A stretch of 64,000 nt of DNA from Candidatus Acidiferrales bacterium (lineage in GTDB: Bacteria > Acidobacteriota > Terriglobia > Acidiferrales > UBA7541). This document shows positions 18,484 to 27,309 of the stretch, one piece after another. The stretch is from the NCBI GenBank assembly GCA_025451835.1, contig JANWJR010000046.1, forward strand, positions 5,173 through 69,172. The letters run 5' to 3'. A program made the translations under genes and the position numbers. A model generated the notes under the pieces. That model saw only the letters and a list, made by a program, of their open reading frames with translations. It did no database searches and was not told where the DNA came from. The first letter of the stretch is position 1. Every line of letters begins with the position of its first letter.

Positions 18484-19508
18484 GATTCATGGCGACGCGA
18501 GACGGAACTCTCAATCTGGTTATAGGTCTTTGCCTGCTTGCATTGTTTGTGATATCTCCGGCCGGATGTAGCGGGAATCTTCGCAATACAGTCGTGGTCG
18601 GCTCGAAAAATTTTTCGGAGTCGGCTCTTTTAGGCGAGATCCTCGCACAACACATCGAGGCCCGCACACATTTACATGTGGTGCGAAGATTTTATCTCGC
18701 GGGATCTTACATCTGCCAGCAGGCGCTCCTGGCCGGACGGATCGACACCTACGTTGAATACACCGGAACGGCGTTAACAGCGATCCTTAAGGACCCAATT
18801 CAGAGCGATTCATCAGATGTATTCAAGCGCGTTCAAAGCGAATACAAGCGCCGCTTTGGGCTGGATGTTTTCCCATCGCTCGGATTCAACAATACGTTTG
18901 CGATTGTGATTCGAGGCCAAGACGCGCGCCATCTCGGTCTGAAAACTTTGTCGGACGCGGCGCGGTACGCTCCGCAGTGGCGTGCTGGATTCGGATATGA
19001 ATTCATGGAGCGCCCGGATGGTTATCAGGGCTTGGCGCGCACGTACGGACTGAAATTCGCCGGGGCTCCGCGGATCCTCGATCTCGGGCTTCTCTACAAG
19101 GCATTGCTCGACAAGCAGGTGGATCTGGTCGCAGGAAATTCGACGGACGGTTTATTGTCCGCACGGGATCTTGTGATTTTGGAGGACGACAAACACTACT
19201 TCCCTCCCTACCAGGCCGTGCCTATAGTCCGTCAAGAGACGCTCTCGCTCCATCCGGAAGTAGGGGCGGCTATCCAGGAACTTTCAGGCAATATCTCGGA
19301 TGAAGAAATGAGAGAGATGAATTATGAAGTGGTTGGAGAGCATCGAGATCCCAGCGAGGTCGCTCGTGAGTTTCTCCGCGCGAAGGGGCTAGATGAGCCT
19401 GCAACAAACCAGGAAGGCTTCATAGTGCCTAGTCGGAGCCTACCGAACTCGCGTCCCGCGGTGATGCTGGATCATCGCGGAAGGAATACTCTCGTTTCAA
19501 ATCGTTGA
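18480..19508 (+). CDS. glycine betaine/choline-type ABC substrate-binding lipoprotein
   Basis: 342 aa. Lipobox PAGC. OpuAC-family pattern (VVVGSKNFSESALLGEI, YVEYTGTA, FGYEFMERPDGY). Confidence 0.8.
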   Translation: MRFMATRDGTLNLVIGLCLLALFVISPAGCSGNLRNTVVVGSKNFSESALLGEILAQHIEARTHLHVVRRFYLAGSYICQQALLAGRIDTYVEYTGTALTAILKDPIQSDSSDVFKRVQSEYKRRFGLDVFPSLGFNNTFAIVIRGQDARHLGLKTLSDAARYAPQWRAGFGYEFMERPDGYQGLARTYGLKFAGAPRILDLGLLYKALLDKQVDLVAGNSTDGLLSARDLVILEDDKHYFPPYQAVPIVRQETLSLHPEVGAAIQELSGNISDEEMREMNYEVVGEHRDPSEVAREFLRAKGLDEPATNQEGFIVPSRSLPNSRPAVMLDHRGRNTLVSNR

Positions 19509-20472
19509 ATGGCTTGCCGTCAAGTTCGGCGTAGGGATAAACGAAGTAGTTCAGGAGATCGCCTTTCTGCGATGGGTTGAGACGAATGTCCCGGCCCATC
19601 GAGAACATGACGCGATTTGTATCGAGCGCGCCGAAGAAATAGTCTTTCTGCTCCTTGTGATTCCAGGCGTCGGAAGCATCCACTGGAATCCAGCCGATTC
19701 CCTGGATGTAAAATTGCGCCCAGCAATGGTATCCGGGAATGCTTCCTTCGTGCACGTTTCGGGGCAATGGAAATCCAATCTCGAACCGGGCCGGGATGCC
19801 TTGCGCACGCGCCATGCCGATGAAAAGCGAATGAAAATCGGTGCAATTGCCGTGATGCGAGTCGCACGCCCAAACGGCGTCTCCTCGCCCCCAGCCGGTT
19901 CCATAATGATCGTAATGCATCGTCGCGATCACGTAGTCGTAGAGCTTACGGGCCTTCGCGCGCGGCGCGCTAATTCCCGTAACCTCCTGGGCCGAGAGTT
20001 GAGCGATCTCGCCGTCGATTGGGACCAGATGATCGGGTTGCAGAAAGCGGGACGTCGAGGCAGAGAATGGCGCTGCGGTGTTCTTTGAAGGGGCCAACGT
20101 TACGCGGTGTTCGAATCGCTTCACATGAAAGGAAATCTTGATGTCGAATGGTGTTGTCGCTTTTCTTGCATCGATAGCCAGGTAGGCATACCGGTTCCCA
20201 TAGGCAGGTTCGCTATCAATTTTATACGGTACGGGGCTTTCGATCCTCAAGCCTGAGATGGATTGATACCGCTCCTCATACGGTAAAGGAATCCAAAGCC
20301 GCAACTCGCGCCTTCCGGCAGGCAGGGCGGGCACCCGGATGATCGACGTAAATTCCAAACTCCGCGATCGCACCCCGGCCAAACTCAACACGGATTGAGC
20401 ATGCGAGTTTCTGTCAATCGCGGCCACGCTCACAAGCAAAGCAGCAAGACCAAGACATGCCAATCGTTTCAT
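19429..20472 (-). CDS. secreted transglutaminase-like cysteine protease domain protein
   Basis: Signal peptide. Catalytic Cys-His-Asp context (GNCTDFHSLFIGMARAQGIPAR, GYHCWAQFY, WIPVDASD). Confidence 0.8.
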   Translation of the reverse strand: MKRLACLGLAALLVSVAAIDRNSHAQSVLSLAGVRSRSLEFTSIIRVPALPAGRRELRLWIPLPYEERYQSISGLRIESPVPYKIDSEPAYGNRYAYLAIDARKATTPFDIKISFHVKRFEHRVTLAPSKNTAAPFSASTSRFLQPDHLVPIDGEIAQLSAQEVTGISAPRAKARKLYDYVIATMHYDHYGTGWGRGDAVWACDSHHGNCTDFHSLFIGMARAQGIPARFEIGFPLPRNVHEGSIPGYHCWAQFYIQGIGWIPVDASDAWNHKEQKDYFFGALDTNRVMFSMGRDIRLNPSQKGDLLNYFVYPYAELDGKPFNDLKREYSFRDDPASPRDASSVGSD

Positions 20473-20685
20473 GCGTCATTCTCGTCGGGCTTTTCTAAAT
20501 CGGCAGCCCCGCCTGTCGCTCGCCGCATAAATGCAAAAGAATCTTGCCATCATTTGATTGCAAAAGCCAAGCGGGAGGAGCGAATGCGAAGGGTCTGCGC
20601 CGAGCACAACAGAAGATCGGCCTTCACAACGGCGGGCTTCTTGAGTATGCGGAAGAGTTCAGCTGGTGGTTAACCGTGCTGCGAG

Positions 20686-21432
20686 TTATTCGGATTCCTG
20701 CATCGCTTTGAAGTGAGCTTCGAGTGCAGCACAATACTGGTGCTCCGCTTCAAGTTCCGCCTGCAGCTTCTTTACAAACAATTCGAGACGGCGGAGTTCG
20801 TTTCGTAATTTTTGAATCTCTGCAGCCGGATTCGTTCCGGCGCTTCGCGCGGATGGAACTGCTGCAGAACTGACGGACACTGCGGGCGTCGCGGGACGGG
20901 CCACTCCCGCCGCAGCAGGCACGCCTGGCGAGAATAAGCCCGTCAGTGGATTCGATGAAGGGTTTCCCGATGGGATTTTGACCACCGTTGCCGGCCGCGA
21001 GGAATCCGCCGCCTGTGATTGATTCACAACATTTTTCGGATTCAGAAGATTCTTCACCCGGAGGATCAGGTCCTGTGGCTGAAAAGGCTTGCGGATTAGT
21101 TCGTCCGCTCGAACAGACATGGCCTTCTCGGCCACGGTGCGATTCACAACACCGGACATGAGCAGAACGGGCGTCTTGCCAAATCGTTCGTGCTGCTTGA
21201 TAAATTCGCATACTTCGTAGCCATCTTTATCAGGCATGATCACGTCGGTGATCACGGCATCGGGCGCAGTCTCGCCGAATTGTGCCAGGGCGGAAGCCGC
21301 GTCGGCGCAAGTGATCACATGAATATTTTCCTTGCGGAATGCAATCTTGATAACTTCGCGCATGGTTGCGCTATCGTCGATAAAATACACCGTAGGAGTT
21401 CGTTCGGCTGTGAGGGTGGGCGTTTCACTCAT
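20686..21432 (-). CDS. response regulator: canonical REC, Pro/Ala/Ser-rich linker, C-terminal coiled coil
   Basis: REC carries DD, VITDVIMPDKDG, MSG and RKPF. The tail reads EIQKLRNELRRLELFVKKLQAELEAEHQ. Confidence 0.8.
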   Translation of the reverse strand: MSETPTLTAERTPTVYFIDDSATMREVIKIAFRKENIHVITCADAASALAQFGETAPDAVITDVIMPDKDGYEVCEFIKQHERFGKTPVLLMSGVVNRTVAEKAMSVRADELIRKPFQPQDLILRVKNLLNPKNVVNQSQAADSSRPATVVKIPSGNPSSNPLTGLFSPGVPAAAGVARPATPAVSVSSAAVPSARSAGTNPAAEIQKLRNELRRLELFVKKLQAELEAEHQYCAALEAHFKAMQESE

Positions 21433-22214
21433 GCGGACTCCTTCTCTACTTCGTCACGCTGGACGTCATCACGCTGAACTTCATCAAACTCGCGAAGCGC
21501 ATCGAGCAGCAAATCCGTTGCCGAACGGAGCACGGTGCGCTGTGTTGAGGCGGCGCCGTACACAAATTTGTAGACACCCTTCGCGGATTCCTGGCATGCT
21601 TTGACGATTTGCGTGACTGCCTCATCACCGAAGAACGTGCCGCACTCGGCGTGAACGATCTCGCCTCCTTCGAAGAAGATAATTCCATCCGTGTCCGACG
21701 CGTTGATGTGCAGCGCACCCGTCTGTCGCGCCTGACCCAGCATCTGTATCACGCCTGGAAGGTCCAGATGCGAAAGGCTGCCGCTCAAATCGGTATCGGC
21801 GCTCGAAAGCATTTGCGTGGGCTGAAAGCCATCCTGGCGGCTCAAGAGAAAGCGGCGCACGTGCGCGGCGATTTCCACCGGCCCGCGCGCCCTGTCGACG
21901 TAATCGTCGCAGCCCGCTCGATAGGCCTCGAGGAGAGCCTGGCCACCGCCCACTCCCAGCGCTATCAACGGAATGGTTGCCGTCTTTGGATCGGCACGCA
22001 GGATTGGCGCGATTTCGTACGCGCCCATCTCCCGTAAATTCGTGGCGCAGATGATCGCGGCAGGTACGTTCCTTTCGAGCATCGTGAGCGCGTACGCTCC
22101 CTGGGGGCTCGGTATGACTTCGAATCCGGCTTGTTTCAGCGCGTCACCAAGTCGCTTGGCGAAATACACGTTGCTGTCGATCAAAAGAATCCGCGGAAGT
22201 CCCGGGGCCGTCAT
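21429..22214 (-). CDS. pseudo-receiver domain protein with C-terminal DUF4388 (PATAN-like) domain
   Basis: REC-like fold, but the phospho-acceptor position reads AAIICATNL (no Asp). The C-terminus LSHLDLPGVIQMLGQARQTGALHI...GGEIVHAE is DUF4388-like. ATG 22214 makes an ATGA overlap with the upstream cheW. Confidence 0.7.
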   Translation of the reverse strand: MTAPGLPRILLIDSNVYFAKRLGDALKQAGFEVIPSPQGAYALTMLERNVPAAIICATNLREMGAYEIAPILRADPKTATIPLIALGVGGGQALLEAYRAGCDDYVDRARGPVEIAAHVRRFLLSRQDGFQPTQMLSSADTDLSGSLSHLDLPGVIQMLGQARQTGALHINASDTDGIIFFEGGEIVHAECGTFFGDEAVTQIVKACQESAKGVYKFVYGAASTQRTVLRSATDLLLDALREFDEVQRDDVQRDEVEKESA

Positions 22215-22693
22215 GGCTGCACCTGCGCGCCAACGGACGCACGTTCGGGGCCAGGTGCCGGAACGGCCGGCATCGCGAGGAGCAACTCGAGATCCAACAC
22301 AGGAATTTGCTCGCTTTCCACGTCCAGCTTTCCGCACATATACGCCGGATCATCCGAATTGGGAGGCTGCACTTTGCTGGTGACGAGCTCGCACTCGCCG
22401 TTCACCGGTATTGCAATCGGCTCGCTGGCATCTACGAAATTTCGGTCGGCAATCAAGTAGAACCGGTGCATCGGCGATTCGCGTCCAATCAAAATTTCCG
22501 CGGCATCGTAGACGGGCACAATGCGTCCGCGCCGAACGATAACACCAGCAACGAGAGGTGAGTTGTGCGGAAACGTATGCAAGTGCACGGGAGGAGCGAG
22601 TTCCATCACCGAGCCTGCCGGCAACGCAAAACGGCGGCTCCCGACCTGAAGCAGCACGAACGAGCAGAGATCTGGGATTCCCTTGGCGCTCAT
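22211..22693 (-). CDS. cheW: CheW-like coupling protein
   Basis: 160 aa. Contains FALPAGSVMEL ... VAGVIVRRGRIVPVYD. ATGA overlaps on both sides. Confidence 0.7.
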   Translation of the reverse strand: MSAKGIPDLCSFVLLQVGSRRFALPAGSVMELAPPVHLHTFPHNSPLVAGVIVRRGRIVPVYDAAEILIGRESPMHRFYLIADRNFVDASEPIAIPVNGECELVTSKVQPPNSDDPAYMCGKLDVESEQIPVLDLELLLAMPAVPAPGPERASVGAQVQP

Positions 22694-23223
22694 GCCTGCA
22701 CGGTTCCTTGCATTTTGTGCTGCGCGCCGAAAACTTCCGATATCCGGTCCAGGCGCTCGAATTCTTCCGGCGTCAAAAATCCGGACGGCTGCAGAACGGG
22801 AATCACATGATCGTCGACATATGCGAGGCCGCGGTACCAGCGCCTCTCATCAGAGGCAAATGCTCGCGGCAGCGGATGGATTGCAGAAACCTCCACCATC
22901 CGCTCGATTCGATCCACGAGAACAGCGACCCGCATCTGCCGGAGAATCAGAACAAGAGTGGGGCGAGTGACCGGCAAGCGGAAATGCGCGCAGGCATTCA
23001 CCACGTAGTACGTCCGGTGGTTCCGGCGGATCGTGTGGCGTATTTCTGGCAAATCCGATTGCTGCATTTCGAATGCCGCTCCTGCAAGGCTGTCCGTACT
23101 GCGAATTTCTTGCACCGAATCCGCCGCGATGGCGAACGTCTGCCTGCCTGCCGAAAACAGAATGATCGCTTCGGCACGATGTGCGCGTTTGGGCTTCACG
23201 GTATCGTGGCTGGCGAACCTCAT
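22690..23223 (-). CDS. cheW: CheW-like coupling protein (divergent)
   Basis: Contains FAIAADSVQEI ... GLAYVDDHVIPVL. ATG 23223 overlaps the cheB stop as ATGA. Confidence 0.65.
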   Translation of the reverse strand: MRFASHDTVKPKRAHRAEAIILFSAGRQTFAIAADSVQEIRSTDSLAGAAFEMQQSDLPEIRHTIRRNHRTYYVVNACAHFRLPVTRPTLVLILRQMRVAVLVDRIERMVEVSAIHPLPRAFASDERRWYRGLAYVDDHVIPVLQPSGFLTPEEFERLDRISEVFGAQHKMQGTVQA

Positions 23224-24341
23224 CGAACTCCCACCGGCACAGGGCGGCAAATTTGTGCGATGCGTTTCTCTATCGCAGCACCGATTTCGTCAAGGCCTAG
23301 CACTTCGTCAACGGCGCCAGTCTTGATCGCCTCCGCCGGCATGCCGAAAATCACGGAAGTTGCTTCGTCCTGCGCGATGACGTAACCGCCCGCCGCCTTC
23401 ACCGCCTTTACTCCCTTGGCGGCGTCGCCGCCCATTCCCGTGAGCACGACAGAAAGCGTCAGAGGGCGAGCAAATGCAGCGATCGATTCGAGCGCAACAT
23501 CAGCACACGGCCGGTAGCCATCAATGCGAGCTCCTGAGTCGAGCGCGATCTTGCCCATCGGTGTAAGCCGCAGATGATGCGAACCTGGACAGAGGTAAAT
23601 CATTCCTGGCTGTGCGAGGTCGTTCGTCTCCGCTTCTTTCACGGGCAACTGGGCGATCTCGGCGAGTTGCACCGTGAATTGCTTTGTAAATGCCGCGGGC
23701 ATGTGCAGCACCAGAAAAACAGCCGCGGCAAGATTCCGCGGTAATCCCGCGACGACGCGCATTACTGCCGCGGGACCGCCTGTGGACGCGGCAATTACGA
23801 CCATCGGGAATTTCCCGCCATTCTGCGACGCAAACGCGGAGCCCTGTGCGCCACTCGATCGAGATGGAGGGGGCACCGGTGCATGCGGCACTGGAAGTTT
23901 CGAGCGGGTGGCCGTGCGCACAACGCGAACTTTTGCGGCCATCTTCAGTTTTCGCGCCAGTTCTTCGCGAACTTTTCGCATGTCCAAGTCGATTCCGCTT
24001 GAGGGCTTCGGAACAAAATCGATCGCGCCCAACTCGAGCGCGCGCAGCGTGCTTGCCGCGCCTTCGCGCGATTCCGAGCTCACGATCACGATCGGCCGTG
24101 GATGCTGCGACATAATCAACTCTGTCGCCTGCAGCCCGTCGAGATGCGGCATGTTGATGTCCATGGTGATCACGTCGGGACGCAGCGATTCCGCCAGCGC
24201 GACCGCTTCGCGCCCATCGCGGCCTACACCCGCAACTTCGAGCTGCGGGTCCGCAGTGATGATCTCCTGGAGGACTTTGCACATGAATGCGGAGTCATCC
24301 ACCACGAGCACGCGAATTTTCTTTTCGGGAATCTTCATCAT
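23220..24341 (-). CDS. cheB: protein-glutamate methylesterase CheB (REC + methylesterase)
   Basis: IRVLVVDDSAFM, DVITMDINMP, VVIAASTGGP, LVLHMP, GMGGDAAKG. Confidence 0.9.
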   Translation of the reverse strand: MMKIPEKKIRVLVVDDSAFMCKVLQEIITADPQLEVAGVGRDGREAVALAESLRPDVITMDINMPHLDGLQATELIMSQHPRPIVIVSSESREGAASTLRALELGAIDFVPKPSSGIDLDMRKVREELARKLKMAAKVRVVRTATRSKLPVPHAPVPPPSRSSGAQGSAFASQNGGKFPMVVIAASTGGPAAVMRVVAGLPRNLAAAVFLVLHMPAAFTKQFTVQLAEIAQLPVKEAETNDLAQPGMIYLCPGSHHLRLTPMGKIALDSGARIDGYRPCADVALESIAAFARPLTLSVVLTGMGGDAAKGVKAVKAAGGYVIAQDEATSVIFGMPAEAIKTGAVDEVLGLDEIGAAIEKRIAQICRPVPVGVR

Positions 24342-24342
24342 C

Positions 24343-27309
24343 TTAGTCCTGCCGCACCTGCACTCCCGTATGCCGGCCTTGCGGCGCCTCGGAACCGACC
24401 AAGCTCTCCACGGTCGAGACCAACTGATCTTCCTGCACAGGCTTGGTCAAGAATCCTGACGCGCCTTCTTTCATCGCGCGATCGCGATGCTTCGCACCGG
24501 CTCGCGAGGTGACCACCAGCACTGGAATTTTTCGGGTGACCGGATCCTGCCGCAGATGAGCCATCAGTTCGTACCCGTTCATCCTGGGCATTTCCAGGTC
24601 CGTGATGACCAGATGGCATCCGGAGTGCGAAACAATTTCAGAGGCCTCTAGGCCGTCCGAGGCCAGCTTGACGCGATAGCCGGCTTTCTCGAGCATTCGG
24701 CCGACGAATTTCCGCACGCTGATCGAATCATCGGCAACGACTATGACGCGCTCGCTCTCGATCGCGTCAACTGCCTCGGCAGGGATCGCACCGGCAGCGA
24801 CAGCCTCCGCTCCCGGGGCGAACACGCGTGCCGCTGGTGAGGATGCAGGCAGGGCGTGCTGCTCGGCCATATCGCTGGCGGCCAAACGGTTCAGATCGAT
24901 CAACAGAATCAGGCTGCCGTCCGATGCAATCGTCGTACCGGGGAAGAGTTTGACGCGACGCAGATAGTCGCCCAGATTCTTGATAACGATTTCGTCTTTG
25001 CCGAGCACTTCGTCGACGACGACGCCAACATGTTTTCCCGCAACCTTGACGACAACCATGTGAAAGTAGCCATTGGTTGGCTCGAGCGGGGGCAGTGCGA
25101 GATGCACATCGAGGCGCACGACTTCGGTGACCACATCGCGCACGCGCGTCAACAACTTTCCGCCCACGTCCTCAATTTCTTCGGGCCGCAGCCTGCGGAT
25201 TTCTTCAATTACAGCTAGAGGTAACGCAAATTTCGACGTTCCGCAACGCACGAAGAGCGCCTGCGAAATGATTAGCGTAAGCGGGACCTTGACGGTGAAG
25301 CACGCGCCGCGCCCAATCTCGGAGCGAACTTCAATCTCGCCGTTCAGCGCGTGAACGTTCGCGCGCACGACGTCCAGACCAACGCCGCGGCCCGCAAGCT
25401 CCGTCATTGCCGATGCTGTGGTAAACCCAGGGCGGAAGATGAATTCGCGCATCTCGCGTTCCGTAAGCTCCGCCGCGGCAATTGGCGACATCTCACCGGA
25501 ATCGATGACGCTCTGTCGCACCAACTCGTAGTCAATTCCGCGCCCGTCATCTTCCACTTCGATGAAGATGTGATTGCCGCGATGATAGGCGCGCACCGCG
25601 ACGTGGCCGGTTTCGGTCTTGTCCGTTTGGCGTCGGGCCGAGACATCCTCGATTCCATGAGCGACCGCATTTCGCACGAGATGAATCAAGGGGTCGGAGA
25701 TATGTTGAATGATATTGTTGTCGAGTTCCGTGTCGGAACCTTCGAGTGAAAGCTCCACGGGCTTTCCGGTAGCATTTGAGGCATCGCGCGCCGTCCGTGA
25801 AAGCCTCGTGTACAGATTTCCAATAGGCACCATGCGGGCCGCCGTGATCTCATCTTGCAGGTGATGCGCGAGTTTGGTGAACTCGTCGATGTCGCTGTCC
25901 ACCCGGCCCATGAAGCCTTCGAGCTGGGTAAGGACTTCCGTAACATCCGCGGAAATTTCCGTAAGCGACCGCGACAAAATATTGAAATCATCGTACCGAT
26001 CCATCTCGAGTTCGCTGAATTCCAGGAGGCCGTCCGACGTGAGCGCGGACATGGACCCGAAATTCGGACGGAAAGTATCCATCTGCGGCGGATGGCTGCC
26101 AGGCACGAGCGAAGTCTGTAGCCGGCTGAATTCATGTTTCTCCTGAAAGTCGGAAATCTTCCCGCCGAGGCGCCCCTTTGAAAAAGTCAGGACCTCGACG
26201 AGTTTGGCGAGTTCGGAGAGCCGGCCAAGCATACGCGTGCGGTTGATCACCAGTTCGCCGACGGCGTTCATCATCCGGTCCAGCCGCTCAAGCGAAATGC
26301 GAACAGATTTTGCCTGTGGCAGCGCTTGCGATGCGGCTCGCCGCGAGTTCCCCGATGAAAGCATTGGTTCCGACGCCGCGCCCTGCTTTCCAGGTGCCGT
26401 TCCGGCGCCTTCAGCGAGATCTTCTTCCGGTGCCAGTTCAGAGATTCGAGCGAGGAACGGCCCAACGGCGGCGTGTATTTCTGCATCGCTCGCCCACTGA
26501 CGGTGTAAGAACTTTTTCAATACGTCCACGGACTCGAGGCATAGGTCCACGATCTCGGCGCTTGGCTGCAAAGCGCCATCTCGCATCCGCCCAATCAAAT
26601 CTTCCACGCGGTGGGCAACGGCTGCTAGCCGATGCAAGCCCACCTGTGCCGCGGAGCCCTTCACTGTGTGCATTGAGCGGAAAAGCCGGTGGATGTCTTC
26701 CGGGTTCGGGTTTCCCTCGAGCGCGAGCAGGCACTCGGTGACCGCCTGCAAATGCTCCTCAGCTTCGGGAATGAAGAATTCGAGAACCTCGGCGGGAACC
26801 TCACCATCTTCCGGCAAACTCACCGAGAATCCATTCGCATCGAATCCGCCTAGAACTGATTCGGCTTCCCTGGCATCGGCACTTGTTTCGCTGTCCGCGG
26901 TGCCGGTCGCTGGAGCCGTCGGGAACGCGAAAGAATATCGTTGCTTGAACGCAACGATATCGCCGGCTGTCTCCGCTCCCGTCGAACTAATCTGCAAGAG
27001 ATCGAATTCAAGGACGGAGATAGCATCGGAGATGAATTCGGTCAGCGGGCCGTGCATTTCCGGCGTGAGCGCGGCATTCATGGCGTAATGAAAAATGTGC
27101 GCCGTCTTGGCCGCTACCTCCGAAAAGAGCGGAAAGCCATAACTAGCAGACGTTCCGGTGAGGGTATGCGCTGCGATGTAAAGCTTTTCGAGATCCTCCG
27201 GCCGCGTGTGCGATTCTTGCAACAGACCGGAGTACTCGCGCAGATACTGGAGATGGTCCGAAGCCTCTTGAAGGAAGAGTTCGACCGATTCTTGATTTGG
27301 CCCGTTCAC
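24343..27309 (-). CDS. cheA: hybrid chemotaxis histidine kinase CheA: Hpt-Hpt-dimerisation-HATPase-CheW-REC
   Basis: Two Hpt boxes (AAHTLTGTSASYGF and SMHTVKGSAAQVGL). HLVRNAVAHGIE, DDGRGID, GRGVGLDVV, a P5 CheW-like domain, and a C-terminal REC (VVADDS, VITDLEMPRMNG, TKP). GTG 27309 forms GTGA with the cheR stop. The track ATG at 27378 would overlap cheR by 73 nt. Confidence 0.9.
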   Translation of the reverse strand: MNGPNQESVELFLQEASDHLQYLREYSGLLQESHTRPEDLEKLYIAAHTLTGTSASYGFPLFSEVAAKTAHIFHYAMNAALTPEMHGPLTEFISDAISVLEFDLLQISSTGAETAGDIVAFKQRYSFAFPTAPATGTADSETSADAREAESVLGGFDANGFSVSLPEDGEVPAEVLEFFIPEAEEHLQAVTECLLALEGNPNPEDIHRLFRSMHTVKGSAAQVGLHRLAAVAHRVEDLIGRMRDGALQPSAEIVDLCLESVDVLKKFLHRQWASDAEIHAAVGPFLARISELAPEEDLAEGAGTAPGKQGAASEPMLSSGNSRRAASQALPQAKSVRISLERLDRMMNAVGELVINRTRMLGRLSELAKLVEVLTFSKGRLGGKISDFQEKHEFSRLQTSLVPGSHPPQMDTFRPNFGSMSALTSDGLLEFSELEMDRYDDFNILSRSLTEISADVTEVLTQLEGFMGRVDSDIDEFTKLAHHLQDEITAARMVPIGNLYTRLSRTARDASNATGKPVELSLEGSDTELDNNIIQHISDPLIHLVRNAVAHGIEDVSARRQTDKTETGHVAVRAYHRGNHIFIEVEDDGRGIDYELVRQSVIDSGEMSPIAAAELTEREMREFIFRPGFTTASAMTELAGRGVGLDVVRANVHALNGEIEVRSEIGRGACFTVKVPLTLIISQALFVRCGTSKFALPLAVIEEIRRLRPEEIEDVGGKLLTRVRDVVTEVVRLDVHLALPPLEPTNGYFHMVVVKVAGKHVGVVVDEVLGKDEIVIKNLGDYLRRVKLFPGTTIASDGSLILLIDLNRLAASDMAEQHALPASSPAARVFAPGAEAVAAGAIPAEAVDAIESERVIVVADDSISVRKFVGRMLEKAGYRVKLASDGLEASEIVSHSGCHLVITDLEMPRMNGYELMAHLRQDPVTRKIPVLVVTSRAGAKHRDRAMKEGASGFLTKPVQEDQLVSTVESLVGSEAPQGRHTGVQVRQD

